Notes under the pieces: generated by a model
What the model was told of the DNA's origin: nothing
Database searches by the model: none
The model's input: the letters and a program-made list of their open reading frames with translations, nothing else
Program-made: the position numbers and the translations under genes
Virus record (IMG/VR): IMGVR_UViG_2706796059_000001
Strand: one strand, 5' to 3'
From: a virus
Taxonomy: Duplodnaviria > Heunggongvirae > Uroviricota > Caudoviricetes > Straboviridae
Length of the DNA: 64,000 nt
In this document: positions 16,885 to 26,866 of the stretch, in pieces
Position numbering within the stretch: the first letter of the stretch is position 1
How the letters are laid out: each line of letters opens with the position of its first letter

Positions 16885-18222
16885 TTAACCTTTGAACCCG
16901 CTCATTTCTTCAAGCGCATTCGCAACATCTTTGTCATCACGGAATTGCACGAAAATAGGCAAGAAACAAGACCATGTTTCTTTATTACGTGCGCGTGTGA
17001 TTGCGTTGTAGTTGATTTCAACAATCATACCGATTACTTCATCACGACGTTCCCAAATTTCAGCACGCTGTTTATCACTGAAGCCACTACCGACTTTAGT
17101 AATCAACATACCGCAAGCTGAACGAAGAAGAAGAGCACCCATTTTGCCTTTGTTCTTCTTGTCGCCTTCGATTACTTCAATGATCTCTAAATCACCATCG
17201 TGAACTTCTTTGTATTTCACAAGTGATTTGCTTCGCTTGTTTTCCCAGAGTGCATCTGGGTCTTTCAAGATGATACCTTCTAGACCTTGAGCAACGTACT
17301 GATTGTAGATTTCAGATGCTTGTTCTTTTGTAGAAACAGTCTGCCACGGAATCGGTTCGATGATACCACGTGCTTTAATAGCAACATCTGCAAGAATCTG
17401 TTTACGTTTACTGTACGGCATGTTCAATTCATTCGAGTTACCGAAATAAACGTCTTCAGGGATGATATCCCATACTTGAAATACAATGTCAGCCTGTTCT
17501 TTCGGTGTGATTGTACCTTTACTTGCTTTGTTGACAATGCCATTACCAGTCGAACGGTCTTCAACCTCATGTAAACCGTTTGGCGCGTACACAAGCTCAC
17601 CGTCGATAACAAAGCCGTTTACACCCATTTCAGTCAAGCCTTTCTCAACTTTGACTAGACCTTGATAGCGTTTACCGTTACGCGATGTAAGAGTAATGTT
17701 ACCATCTAAGTCAACATGAGCGAAACAACGAGCACCATCAGCTTTTAATTCAGCGTATGCGATTTTAGTTAGAATCGCGTCGATTAGTTTGTCGTTCTTC
17801 GGGCTTGCAAGCATTTGAGGTTGTTCTGGAATCAGTTTCTTCCAAACTTTGTTTGCAGTACCACCCGTACAACCAGTTCGAAGATCTTTCAAGATAACAC
17901 GACGAATCACTTCCGCGTCGTCTTCAGAAACTGAAGCGAGTATACGAGCAACAAAATCTTGTGCAGAATGACCGCGCACTTGATTCACAACCAACGCACT
18001 AAACACTTGCTCTAGTGCATCTTCTAGTTCGGTATATTCATGCACATATGCTTCACCTGCATTCACTTCAGGCAGTTTCTTCATATTAAACTGATACGTA
18101 GGTGTGTATGCAAGCTCAAATACACGCTTTAGCAATTCATTGTCTTTTTCAGACTTCAGGATTGCTTCTTTTTCAGTGCGTTTAGTCGTTGCTGCTAGTT
18201 TATTCAGGATTGGTAGAATCAT
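16885..18222 (-). CDS. 30: ATP-dependent DNA ligase gp30
   Basis: AELKADGAR, IDGELV, EGIILKD, KYKEV, FLPIF motifs. Confidence 0.97.
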   Translation of the reverse strand: MILPILNKLAATTKRTEKEAILKSEKDNELLKRVFELAYTPTYQFNMKKLPEVNAGEAYVHEYTELEDALEQVFSALVVNQVRGHSAQDFVARILASVSEDDAEVIRRVILKDLRTGCTGGTANKVWKKLIPEQPQMLASPKNDKLIDAILTKIAYAELKADGARCFAHVDLDGNITLTSRNGKRYQGLVKVEKGLTEMGVNGFVIDGELVYAPNGLHEVEDRSTGNGIVNKASKGTITPKEQADIVFQVWDIIPEDVYFGNSNELNMPYSKRKQILADVAIKARGIIEPIPWQTVSTKEQASEIYNQYVAQGLEGIILKDPDALWENKRSKSLVKYKEVHDGDLEIIEVIEGDKKNKGKMGALLLRSACGMLITKVGSGFSDKQRAEIWERRDEVIGMIVEINYNAITRARNKETWSCFLPIFVQFRDDKDVANALEEMSGFKG

Positions 18223-18403
18223 CTGGACCCTCTATATAAATTTCAGGACGAACACGTGCAACAAAGCACTGTTCGTGTAAATCATTTTTGTACAACACTT
18301 TAAGTGCATCTTGCTCTTTCAGGTACAATGCAGGCATTGTAACATCACCGAGATCAATAATCGCCACTTCTTGGTTGCTTTTCATTAGTATAGCAAACAT
18401 CAT
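18200..18403 (-). CDS. Hypothetical protein (start revised to MMFAILM)
   Basis: GAGGA SD before ATG at 18403. Confidence 0.55.
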   Translation of the reverse strand: MMFAILMKSNQEVAIIDLGDVTMPALYLKEQDALKVLYKNDLHEQCFVARVRPEIYIEGPDDSTNPE

Positions 18404-18653
18404 TTTCCTCAAAATATACGTTGCCGTTGTTGATTGTTACTAAGAATGGCTTACCTGCGATATGATCACCGTAAATGTGAACAATATAATCACAAGCTTC
18501 TTTGTTCCATTCTTGCCAATCGGTTTGCAATTCAGCTTCCCATTCTTCTCGATTCGAAAAGAACGGCTTGCCTTTTGACTCTCGCTTATCTAACGCAACA
18601 GCACGTTTTGCAAGTGCGCTATCAGCATGAATAATATAAGCTCGTTTAATCAT
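18354..18653 (-). CDS. Hypothetical protein
   Basis: ORF track; follows GTTTAA promoter. Confidence 0.55.
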   Translation of the reverse strand: MIKRAYIIHADSALAKRAVALDKRESKGKPFFSNREEWEAELQTDWQEWNKEACDYIVHIYGDHIAGKPFLVTINNGNVYFEENDVCYTNEKQPRSGDY

Positions 18654-18685
18654 AATTAACCCAAAAAAGCCCCGACAGGAGCTTT

Positions 18686-18715
18686 ATTATATGATGAATG
18701 TAAGACGTGTTAAAC
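18686..18715 (-). promoter_or_regulatory. GTTTA-class promoter for ligase cluster
   Basis: GTTTAA-N18-TATAAT. Confidence 0.65.
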
Positions 18716-18716
18716 T

Positions 18717-19310
18717 TTATTCGTGAATAAAATCTAATAGCTTTGACATATGATGAACGTCTGCTCGTTCGTCATATCGATTGAGGTGTACCACTTTAAG
18801 GTCGTGAAAACACTTCTTGATTTGCTCAGTATTTTCTAACTGATCATCAATGAAACCGATCACGTCGTGATCTGATACTAGCTGAGAGACATAACCGACT
18901 TTGCTCTCATCACCGCGAATAGTAATCAATTCGCTGAAACAACCCGGGAAGAATGTTTCTAAGTTGAACTTGCGCACAAGCCAGTGATCAGTTGAATCAC
19001 CGAATTTAGTCAGCGCAACAAGATTGTATTCTTTCGCGATTTTGTGAACGTTCTCTACCGCATCAGGGAACGCAGTCATGTACTTACCGTGCTCAAGATT
19101 ATACTTCTCAAGTAAGTCAAATGCTATTGAACGCTGCTCGACACCGAATAAATCACGTACGTCAACATGCTCTTTAGCAGTGAAGTGTTTTAATGCAAGA
19201 ACGGGGTCGATACCACATCGCTTGCAGAATAGCGGTAGCTGGCTTGCCCAATCAATAAGCACACCATCAACGTCGAAAATTAGAGTAGGTTTTTGTTTCT
19301 TGTCTGTCAT
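18717..19310 (-). CDS. 30.2: HAD-superfamily hydrolase, gp30.2-like (start revised to MTDKK)
   Basis: IFDVDGVLIDW, ALTKF, FIDD motifs. Confidence 0.72.
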   Translation of the reverse strand: MTDKKQKPTLIFDVDGVLIDWASQLPLFCKRCGIDPVLALKHFTAKEHVDVRDLFGVEQRSIAFDLLEKYNLEHGKYMTAFPDAVENVHKIAKEYNLVALTKFGDSTDHWLVRKFNLETFFPGCFSELITIRGDESKVGYVSQLVSDHDVIGFIDDQLENTEQIKKCFHDLKVVHLNRYDERADVHHMSKLLDFIHE

Positions 19311-19323
19311 AATATATTTCTCG

Positions 19324-19521
19324 TTACATATATTCAGCGCCCGTGAAGGCAATGAACATAAAAGTAAAACAAAACACAGCAACAGCTACTAACAATGCAG
19401 TTACACTAGCTATCATTGAATCGAATTCGTCTTCAATAATCTTATTGACTACATATACTAATGGCGTTGCTGATACGAATACTAGAATAACACCTAGTGT
19501 TGCTAATAAAATTTGAATCAT
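19324..19521 (-). CDS. Small two-helix membrane protein
   Basis: AAGGAG SD before MIQILL; two hydrophobic segments. Confidence 0.6.
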   Translation of the reverse strand: MIQILLATLGVILVFVSATPLVYVVNKIIEDEFDSMIASVTALLVAVAVFCFTFMFIAFTGAEYM

Positions 19522-19547
19522 ATTGTGCTCCTTTATTTGAAGCATCT

Positions 19548-19583
19548 ATGATAATGAAAAGGGCTGCAAATTGCAACCCTTTT
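19548..19583 (-). promoter_or_regulatory. Terminator hairpin overlapping sigma70-type promoter
   Basis: TTGCAA-N17-TATCAT within aaaagggttgcaa-t-ttgcagccctttt. Confidence 0.6.
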
Positions 19584-19585
19584 GT

Positions 19586-20095
19586 TTATTTCATCCACTG
19601 TTTGCGCTTTTTAGAGCGTTTCCACCCGCGCTGTGGAGATTTGTAAGACGATAGACCATCCCAATCTAGAAGACAGCGAACTGTATGAGCACGTTTTTTG
19701 CGAACTACTTTACCGTATTCGGCTTCAATCTCGTCTTCACAGAACTTGTTATGATGCATTTCAGACATCAAACCGTTACCGCGTCGAGCATGAATCCAGT
19801 TCTTGTAGCAACCAGTATGTGGCACTGGCGTGTAACGAAACACGTAGTTACCTTTGTAACGTGCTAGACATTCACCATTCCGAATTAGGTCAATCATACG
19901 TCTTGCGCTAGTTGACATGTAAAACCCAACACGTTCTGGGCTCCAGAAGCTCTGATAACGAACGTATGTTCTAGCCCACTCTGGTACCCATTCACCATCC
20001 CATAATTCGAAAACATGATGAGGTCCCATTTCGCGTGAGTTGTATAGTGGTAGATCTTTTTCTTTTACGCCTTTGTATTTTTTGACTTCAGTCAT
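19586..20095 (-). CDS. Hypothetical protein (basic, Trp-rich C-terminus)
   Basis: ORF track; GGAGA SD. Confidence 0.7.
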   Translation of the reverse strand: MTEVKKYKGVKEKDLPLYNSREMGPHHVFELWDGEWVPEWARTYVRYQSFWSPERVGFYMSTSARRMIDLIRNGECLARYKGNYVFRYTPVPHTGCYKNWIHARRGNGLMSEMHHNKFCEDEIEAEYGKVVRKKRAHTVRCLLDWDGLSSYKSPQRGWKRSKKRKQWMK

Positions 20096-20154
20096 CGTTG
20101 TTTCTCCAAGTTAAATTACTTAGTGAAACAACTCCTTACGATGAAATTTCTTCA

Positions 20155-20400
20155 TTATTCAATTACCTCATACGCTTCGTTAAGGAAGTCATCAACATCA
20201 TCTACGTTGATTTTGTCTTCATCTATTGCTAGTAAATCACATAGCAATTCTAAAATATCATGTTTACGAATTGTCCCATGACTGAATACAGTCTGACCAA
20301 TCCATTCGGCTACCGACCAGTAATAGTCTTCAAAATCACCATCGCATTCGTAATTTGCTAGGTTGTACTGCTCTAGAAGCATATTCAAATCGTGCGTCAT
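20155..20400 (-). CDS. Hypothetical acidic protein
   Basis: ORF track; AAGGT SD. Confidence 0.6.
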   Translation of the reverse strand: MTHDLNMLLEQYNLANYECDGDFEDYYWSVAEWIGQTVFSHGTIRKHDILELLCDLLAIDEDKINVDDVDDFLNEAYEVIE

Positions 20401-20440
20401 TGTATTACCTTTTATTGTTTTATTTGACGCACGTATTTAA

Positions 20441-20629
20441 TCATTTAATTTTGAACAATTTCATCACGATTAGAGCAATCATTAGTACTGGCGTGATGAC
20501 TGTTGATAATAAATTCACCACGCCTTTACTCGATTGACCACCGTTTTGGCGGTACGTTTCGTGTAATGTATCTTGAATCGCAACTGTCAAAAGTGCACCA
20601 ATCAATAAGTAAACAAAAATAAAAGTCAT
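20441..20629 (-). CDS. Small membrane protein
   Basis: Two hydrophobic stretches; ATGA overlap. Confidence 0.55.
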   Translation of the reverse strand: MTFIFVYLLIGALLTVAIQDTLHETYRQNGGQSSKGVVNLLSTVITPVLMIALIVMKLFKIK

Positions 20630-21354
20630 ATGTCGAAAATCCTAAGCCCATATTCTGGGTTTTCTGAGCCGTATGCACGTGGGTTACACAGTACATTACA
20701 GCCATTTACGTGATAGTCAAATTCTTGATGAACATGACCGTGAATTGCAAAACTGAACCCTTCAAGTAAATGGTCAAGGTCAGTGCAATAAAAACTATTC
20801 GTACTTGAATACGCATAGTAAGATGAAATGCTCTTCAGAGAAGGGGCGTGATGTGTGATTAACACTTTCTTACCTTCAATCTCGCGACATTTCTCAATAA
20901 ATTTGACTGATTTACAATGAAGTGCATGTACATCTTCACCGTACAAAGGTCGCCATTGCGGACCGCGAATCTTACGACGGTCATTCATGTTGTCTTTCCA
21001 ACGTTGACCCTCAAACCAGTCATTGACTTCGTGCCACAGCGTAGTTCCGCAGAATGTCACGTCGTCAATCTGAACTGTATTTTCAAGCAAGACGTGAACA
21101 TTGTCAACCGAAGTTTCAAATTTATGTCGCTCGTGAATCGCAAGACCCCACCAATCGTGATTTCCCGGCACTGCGATAACAGCGCGCCAACGGTCGGCTA
21201 CAGCTTCTAAATCGCGCACTGTGCGCCCTTTGCTGTTAATGTCACCCGCTACTACCAATACAGCGTCTTTGTCGCCTGTAATCGATTCTAGCGCGTTCTC
21301 TGCGTGATAGTCGTTGTGAATATCACTACAGTAATAAACTTTTAAATTTGCCAT
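20626..21354 (-). CDS. Calcineurin-like metallophosphoesterase
   Basis: SDIH, AGDI, PGNHD, ITHH, IHGHVH. Confidence 0.9.
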   Translation of the reverse strand: MANLKVYYCSDIHNDYHAENALESITGDKDAVLVVAGDINSKGRTVRDLEAVADRWRAVIAVPGNHDWWGLAIHERHKFETSVDNVHVLLENTVQIDDVTFCGTTLWHEVNDWFEGQRWKDNMNDRRKIRGPQWRPLYGEDVHALHCKSVKFIEKCREIEGKKVLITHHAPSLKSISSYYAYSSTNSFYCTDLDHLLEGFSFAIHGHVHQEFDYHVNGCNVLCNPRAYGSENPEYGLRIFDI

Positions 21355-21611
21355 CGAATCTCCAAAATGTTATCGACATAAAATGCGTTGTAGTTGTGTA
21401 AACGCAGATATTCAATCAATAGACGTTTCATGCTATGACTTTCAATACCTGGCAATTCGTCTTGCATTCTGATATTAATACCAAAGCGCATTTCATCAGT
21501 TGCTTGTGCAATGCGCTCATCTAGATGTTCTAGATCATCAACGGGAAACTTCTCTTCCATTACTTTGATGCTGCGTGCGCGTGCTTCTTCTGCTTTCATA
21601 ATCATGCTCAT
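21342..21611 (-). CDS. Hypothetical protein
   Basis: ORF track; coupled. Confidence 0.6.
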   Translation of the reverse strand: MSMIMKAEEARARSIKVMEEKFPVDDLEHLDERIAQATDEMRFGINIRMQDELPGIESHSMKRLLIEYLRLHNYNAFYVDNILEIRWQI

Positions 21612-22000
21612 GACTTTCGCCTCCAGTCAATTATAGTCAATATCATGCGTTCAGAACCGTGTTCCATCAACATACGATTCACATAAGCAAGTGCTAAACT
21701 GTGAGTCTCGTATTGCAAGTAGCCAATTTCTGACGGCTCGTGAGGGTTGATTCGATTTTTAATATCGAATGTATTCTTCACTGCTCTGATATTGTAACCT
21801 AATTTCTCGAACTCTGCAACCGCTGATTCATAAAATTCAGCTTTTATACCGACTTTTATCTCAAGCTCTGTATCAGCTATTTTATCAATTGATTTCAAAG
21901 TGTTATACAGAAAATCTTGAAATTCTTCGATTTTCTTTAACTGACGGTCGGACGGTTGCTTCGGCTTATAGCGTGACCGCATACTAGCAGCATCAAACAT
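21608..22000 (-). CDS. Hypothetical protein
   Basis: ORF track; GAGAG SD. Confidence 0.6.
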   Translation of the reverse strand: MFDAASMRSRYKPKQPSDRQLKKIEEFQDFLYNTLKSIDKIADTELEIKVGIKAEFYESAVAEFEKLGYNIRAVKNTFDIKNRINPHEPSEIGYLQYETHSLALAYVNRMLMEHGSERMILTIIDWRRKS

Positions 22001-22011
22001 AATATTTTCTC

Positions 22012-22278
22012 TCAGAAGTAGTCAGCGTACCTATCTAAGATTCGCTTCGGGATTTTTAAGTTTACAAATCTCTTACCTTTCAAACCACCATCATATGCGA
22101 TTTCTGCAATCAGATCTTCGTACATGTCTGGTTCAAGTTCGTCGATAATGTCCTTGTACTCTTGTGGAAGCTGTCTCTTCAGCTTCTTAACGAGCGCGTG
22201 AATCTCATTTATCGTGAGATCACGCAACTCTTGGTATGTCATTTCGTTTAGGGATATTTCAATAAAAGACTTTAGCAT
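22012..22278 (-). CDS. Hypothetical protein
   Basis: ORF track; GGAGG SD. Confidence 0.65.
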   Translation of the reverse strand: MLKSFIEISLNEMTYQELRDLTINEIHALVKKLKRQLPQEYKDIIDELEPDMYEDLIAEIAYDGGLKGKRFVNLKIPKRILDRYADYF

Positions 22279-22295
22279 AATGCCACCTCCGTCTC

Positions 22296-22517
22296 TTATT
22301 TAATCCCTAGTAGCTTACCAATTACGGTCATTGGTAGATAAAAAATGACATAAAACAAAATGTAAATCGCAATCTGTACGCCGAAACCTAGTGATAGCAT
22401 AGCGACGTAAAGCTGCACGAGGTAATAATCTACCTCGGCTGTCGCTGCTTCGTTCAGTTCGCCGCGAAACTCGCGACACATATCTTCTAGAATTCGAATG
22501 AAATTGCTCATTACCAC
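22296..22517 (-). CDS. Hypothetical membrane protein
   Basis: Hydrophobic C-terminal half. Confidence 0.55.
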   Translation of the reverse strand: MVMSNFIRILEDMCREFRGELNEAATAEVDYYLVQLYVAMLSLGFGVQIAIYILFYVIFYLPMTVIGKLLGIK

Positions 22518-22753
22518 ATCACCTCAAGTTTCTCACCTGTAATGAACGCATCATAGCCGAGACTAATCAAAATACTACGAATAGTATCGCGCTCACTTTC
22601 AGTCAATTTTTCTGTTTTGAAGTCAACTCGCGACTTCGTGGGAGAAGCGACTTGAATTGCAAAATCTAGCTCTTCAAGTGACTTCTCAACAGCAGGCGAA
22701 AGTTTCTTCCGCTTTGCTCTTGCCTCTTTTGCTGTAATCATTGGGTCATCCAA
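22511..22753 (-). CDS. Hypothetical protein
   Basis: ORF track; similar style to 21342..21611 (AxEARA...I.W end). Confidence 0.55.
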   Translation of the reverse strand: MDDPMITAKEARAKRKKLSPAVEKSLEELDFAIQVASPTKSRVDFKTEKLTESERDTIRSILISLGYDAFITGEKLEVMW

Positions 22754-24543
22754 TCCTTACGTTTATCAGTGTCATTACCGAATAATAATTCAAAACAATT
22801 TGGGTCATCGATTACAATATCATCAAAAACTGGCTCGTTAATAACTTTTTTGTATTCTTTTTCAGTCAGTGAACCCAAACCCTTAATGTAACGAATCTTC
22901 CACGTTTTACTCAGTTTCGCCTTGCGATACTCTTCAATAGAATAAAACCATTTCGTTTCTTTATTCTTCGATGCAATGACTACTGGTGTACGAACGAACT
23001 TGATTCGCTTCTGCTTGTAAAGCTCTGGCCAGTTGTAGAAAAACGCAAGCAACAACGGGAAAATCGAACCTTTACCATCAACGTCCGCATCAACTAAGAT
23101 ACCAATGTCTTTATAGTACATGTCTCGAATGTCGTCATTACCGAGCTGAATGTTCAGCACTGACATGATATCGCATAGCTCTTTGTTTTTCATGATCTCG
23201 GCAGGGCGTTTACCCCATGTGCTCAGTACTTTACCGCGCAACGGAATACCACCATGCTTTTTACTGTCACGAACTTTAATCAAGTAACCAATCGCGGACT
23301 TACCCTCAGTCAAGAACAGCGTACCACCTGGCTGAGAAGCCTTGATATGCTCTGCAACTTTCGCTTGTTGAGCTTTCTTCTGCTTGCGTGCTAGTTCTCG
23401 CGCTTCGGCTGCTTGTTGTTTAGCAAGTAACGCTTCAATAATCGGCATGATGATATCATCTTCTGCCAGAATCTTCTTAGCGATTTTGTCATATGCTAAG
23501 TCTTTCAAGTATGGTGACACTTCACCTTGGGAACTAGTTAGACGTTCTTTTGTCTGACTGTCAAACTTAGGGTCTGTGAAGTTACGAATGAACAACCCGA
23601 GTGTCAAACCATTCTTTAATTGTGGTTTTGGTACATTGATTTTATGCTTGCGCTTAATCATCGGGATTAATTCATCTGAAAGTTTATTGATGAAGTAATC
23701 TACGTGTGTACCACCATTAGATGTATTTACACCATTGATGAAGCTGTTATGTCTGAATTCATCAGACGGCGCGACAAACAGCGCAACGTTGTCAAATTCA
23801 AACGCAACTTCTGTGTTAAACATCTTTGCGTATTGCTTCAGCGTAGGGGCGTGTTTCTTCCCGTTGTACTTGAACGTAATCTCAGGGAATGCGACTGACA
23901 ACGACGCGAGACGGTCTTTGATGATCTCTTCGTCTTGAGGGGAGATACCAAATACACCAAAGCGGTTAAAATCAGGGATGAATTCAACTGAAGTCCCTTT
24001 CGTACCGCCTTTCGAAGTTCTAACGAAAATACGATCTGCATTGTTAGAACAGCTTACTGTTACTGTGTTTTTACCGTCACACGTCTTACCAATGAATTGA
24101 TGACTGAAGTAGTTGGTCAGTGCAGCGCCAACACCGTTCATACCAACAGTTGTTCGGTCATCTTCGAAGTTACTACCTGCTTTAGTACGTGTCCATGCAG
24201 CTTCAGGTCGAAGAAGCTCTTTACCATCTGGGTCTAGAACTTTGTCTTGCGGAATACCGCGACCGTTATCTGAGATAGTGATTCGATTACCTTCGATTTT
24301 CACTTCAATAACATTGGCAAATTTGAACTTAGTTCGAATCGCTTCATCAAGAGAGTTATCAATAACTTCGTTGATAATCTTCACAAGACCCGGTACGTAC
24401 TCGATTTTCTTGAAATCACCTAAGACAAAACGCTCATGTTCTTCTCGATCAACTGACCCGATGTACATACCCGGTCGTTTAAGAACGTGTTGTTTGTCTG
24501 ATAAAATTTGAAAGTTGTCTTTTTTAGACATCATGTTCCTCAC
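22738..24543 (-). CDS. 39: Type IIA topoisomerase ATPase/TOPRIM subunit, fused gp39+gp60
   Basis: KRPGMYIGS, EVIDNSLD, DNGRGIP, GMNGVG, LTEGKSA, PLRGK, DADVDG, YIKGLG in one ORF. Confidence 0.96.
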   Translation of the reverse strand: MRNMMSKKDNFQILSDKQHVLKRPGMYIGSVDREEHERFVLGDFKKIEYVPGLVKIINEVIDNSLDEAIRTKFKFANVIEVKIEGNRITISDNGRGIPQDKVLDPDGKELLRPEAAWTRTKAGSNFEDDRTTVGMNGVGAALTNYFSHQFIGKTCDGKNTVTVSCSNNADRIFVRTSKGGTKGTSVEFIPDFNRFGVFGISPQDEEIIKDRLASLSVAFPEITFKYNGKKHAPTLKQYAKMFNTEVAFEFDNVALFVAPSDEFRHNSFINGVNTSNGGTHVDYFINKLSDELIPMIKRKHKINVPKPQLKNGLTLGLFIRNFTDPKFDSQTKERLTSSQGEVSPYLKDLAYDKIAKKILAEDDIIMPIIEALLAKQQAAEARELARKQKKAQQAKVAEHIKASQPGGTLFLTEGKSAIGYLIKVRDSKKHGGIPLRGKVLSTWGKRPAEIMKNKELCDIMSVLNIQLGNDDIRDMYYKDIGILVDADVDGKGSIFPLLLAFFYNWPELYKQKRIKFVRTPVVIASKNKETKWFYSIEEYRKAKLSKTWKIRYIKGLGSLTEKEYKKVINEPVFDDIVIDDPNCFELLFGNDTDKRKDWMTQ

Positions 24544-24754
24544 TCAATTTCACATAGCAGTACGTTAACAATGCACCTAGTATAGACGCACAACCTGCTA
24601 AAATATACAACTTATCTAGAATGAGTAAAAAAGCTGCTATGAATGACATAACAGCCCCACTTCCACTAACGATTAACGCTATTCCCTCGATAGTCAAGTA
24701 GACCATTAGGAAAATTGCGTGAAATATGTTCTTCAATGTGCGTATCAATTTCAT
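24524..24754 (-). CDS. Hypothetical membrane protein overlapping the sir2 3' end (start revised to MKLIRT)
   Basis: GAGG SD before 24754; hydrophobic. Confidence 0.45.
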   Translation of the reverse strand: MKLIRTLKNIFHAIFLMVYLTIEGIALIVSGSGAVMSFIAAFLLILDKLYILAGCASILGALLTYCYVKLSEEHDV

Positions 24755-25427
24755 CGAATGCCTCAGTGGCTGGCTTATTGATGAATACGTCACACATACG
24801 AATCGCTTCGTTTAGTGCAGAATGTTTTTCAGTGTCAATGCCAGTCGGGTTAATCAGAATGAATTTACAGCCCGTCGCAGACAAATCCCAATGAATCGGG
24901 TTAATCTCAAGCGTCGAACCAACAACAATTGCAATGTCAGTCGGCAATAGAGTGTCAATATCACCCCAGAAATGGGTGTATAATGGTGCGCCTTCATTGA
25001 AGAACACAACACCCGGTTTATCACGACGACCTGTACGCAACTCGTATTCATTGTACCCGATGTCAATAACTGTACTGTCTTTTGACGTGTAATCTTGCAC
25101 GATCTTTGTCAACTCACCGTGAATATGCTTAACGTCTTTACAACCTGCACGCTCAAGTAAATCTGATACGTTCGCAGTGTAGTTGTCAACGTCGTATTTT
25201 TCACACAGTTCAGCAATTTTGTAGTGTGCTGAATTCGGGTGAACTTCAGCTAATTGTTTACGACGCTCATTGTAGAAACGATGTGTCACTTCATAATTGT
25301 TTGCAAATGTGTTGATGTTACACACTTCCATGATGTCATGATTTTCCCACAGACCATTTGCGTCTCGAAACGTACTGATACCTGATTCTGCATCAAGACC
25401 AGCACCGCTAAAAATGAAAATTCTCAA
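24666..25427 (-). CDS. Sir2/CobB NAD-dependent deacylase
   Basis: FSGAGLDAESGISTFRD, GLWE, TANVSDLLERAG, HIHGEL, PGVVFFNE, VGST. Confidence 0.93.
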   Translation of the reverse strand: MRIFIFSGAGLDAESGISTFRDANGLWENHDIMEVCNINTFANNYEVTHRFYNERRKQLAEVHPNSAHYKIAELCEKYDVDNYTANVSDLLERAGCKDVKHIHGELTKIVQDYTSKDSTVIDIGYNEYELRTGRRDKPGVVFFNEGAPLYTHFWGDIDTLLPTDIAIVVGSTLEINPIHWDLSATGCKFILINPTGIDTEKHSALNEAIRMCDVFINKPATEAFDEIDTHIEEHISRNFPNGLLDYRGNSVNR

Positions 25428-25792
25428 AATGATTCCTTAATTGTTGCCGAGGGACCTTGTTGCCACTCAGAGTATTGTTGCTTAACTAACTTGTCAGGAA
25501 TATCATAACGCACGAAAAACGTGTTATAAACTTTTTCATTTACAGTGTTCGATTCACCAAACCACGTTTCAACTTCTTGGTCTTTAAACCATTCCTTGGC
25601 TTCGTCTAGCGACATGCCAGTATAGCGCCGAATCTCATTATATACACCATACAATGCTTCTTTGATGTATATCGAATCCATTTCGCCGTCTTCTTGAACA
25701 GGGATAGCAAAAATATCACAGTGCAAATCAGGGTCATATACGTCTGATTTTCGATATTCATCAGCGAGACGTTCCATTAAATTACAACTCAT
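25424..25792 (-). CDS. Hypothetical protein (start revised to MSCNL)
   Basis: ATGA coupling with upstream gene. Confidence 0.6.
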   Translation of the reverse strand: MSCNLMERLADEYRKSDVYDPDLHCDIFAIPVQEDGEMDSIYIKEALYGVYNEIRRYTGMSLDEAKEWFKDQEVETWFGESNTVNEKVYNTFFVRYDIPDKLVKQQYSEWQQGPSATIKESF

Positions 25793-26061
25793 GGGTATAC
25801 CTCGATCAACGTTTCGACTGCTTCTTTCGTTGGGTTTGCAATAGTTGCCAAATGCCACTCTTCACCGTAAAGCTCATAACACGACCATGTCTGTTCTTCT
25901 TCGTCGAAGTACGGGCGGTCAGTCCAACCCATTACGTAACCGTTTCCATCAACAGTCACGTACTCAGTTTCGTGATCTACAACTAACGGTACACCACTCA
26001 CGGTTACGACAGTTGAACAGCCTTTTTGCATTGATAGTAAATAGCTCATTTTATGCTCCAA
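25789..26061 (-). CDS. Hypothetical protein
   Basis: ORF track. Confidence 0.6.
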   Translation of the reverse strand: MEHKMSYLLSMQKGCSTVVTVSGVPLVVDHETEYVTVDGNGYVMGWTDRPYFDEEEQTWSCYELYGEEWHLATIANPTKEAVETLIEVYP

Positions 26062-26452
26062 TCATACCTTGGCTTACTAGTGAACCTTTGAAACGTTTAA
26101 GAACGCCTTCCCATGCTTCGTCTGTGTAAGCATCAATATTGAACACTGCGCGAATCTTGTCAAAAAGTTCTCGACGCTGTTCGAGTGGCATTTCTTTGCA
26201 GAATATCATGATTGCACCTTGATATTCACGTGCTGTCTCATGCAAACCTTTGTACATAAGATGATGTAGATCTAGACCTTTATGGTCAATTTCATGTGAA
26301 ATCTCGCGTGATAGATGCTCACGCTTCATTTCAGTTTTGAAAATATACTTGCCTTCATCCCCAGCAGCAAGTTGACCCATGTCGTAGATTTTCTTGTGCA
26401 TCTCTTCAAGACGCCCGATTTTCTTTTCCCACATTTGATAAAATTCTGACAT
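26051..26452 (-). CDS. Hypothetical protein
   Basis: ORF track; GAGGG SD. Confidence 0.65.
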   Translation of the reverse strand: MSEFYQMWEKKIGRLEEMHKKIYDMGQLAAGDEGKYIFKTEMKREHLSREISHEIDHKGLDLHHLMYKGLHETAREYQGAIMIFCKEMPLEQRRELFDKIRAVFNIDAYTDEAWEGVLKRFKGSLVSQGMIGA

Positions 26453-26454
26453 GA

Positions 26455-26784
26455 TTAACCCTCAAATGATTCGATAAGACGAAAGTTTTCGTAGTCTGCT
26501 TCTGAAGCAGCACGCCAATGTTTAAGTGAAACTTTACTCGCTGCTTTGATTTTGTCAATAAGCTGTGCTGACTCATAACCTGGCCATGCACATTTCTTTT
26601 CAACTGTAGTGCTCCACAGTTTGCGACTTTCACAATATGAACCTTTCGAATCCATGAAAAGCACTTCATGCAGCATGATTGTACCATCTTCAAGGCGCAT
26701 TGCTACTTTTTGGTGTTCTGCACGCATAGAATAAACGACTTTGATTTCAGCAAATTTGATGTCGAATTTAGTTTGGTCAGTCAT
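26455..26784 (-). CDS. Hypothetical early protein
   Basis: Sigma70 promoter and GAGAG leader. Confidence 0.7.
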   Translation of the reverse strand: MTDQTKFDIKFAEIKVVYSMRAEHQKVAMRLEDGTIMLHEVLFMDSKGSYCESRKLWSTTVEKKCAWPGYESAQLIDKIKAASKVSLKHWRAASEADYENFRLIESFEG

Positions 26785-26828
26785 AATGTTCTCTCTTTGT
26801 TTTAGGTCAACATCGTGTTGATGTAGCT

Positions 26829-26866
26829 ATAATACACAAAAGGGCTGACCGCAGTCAACCCTTTTC
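26829..26866 (-). promoter_or_regulatory. Terminator hairpin overlapping sigma70-type promoter
   Basis: TTGACT-N18-TATTAT within aaaagggttgac-tgcg-gtcagccctttt. Confidence 0.6.

Noticed and set aside
22738-24543. Translational bypass or split between genes 39 and 60 as in T4
   Set aside because: Single uninterrupted ORF holding ATPase and TOPRIM motifs
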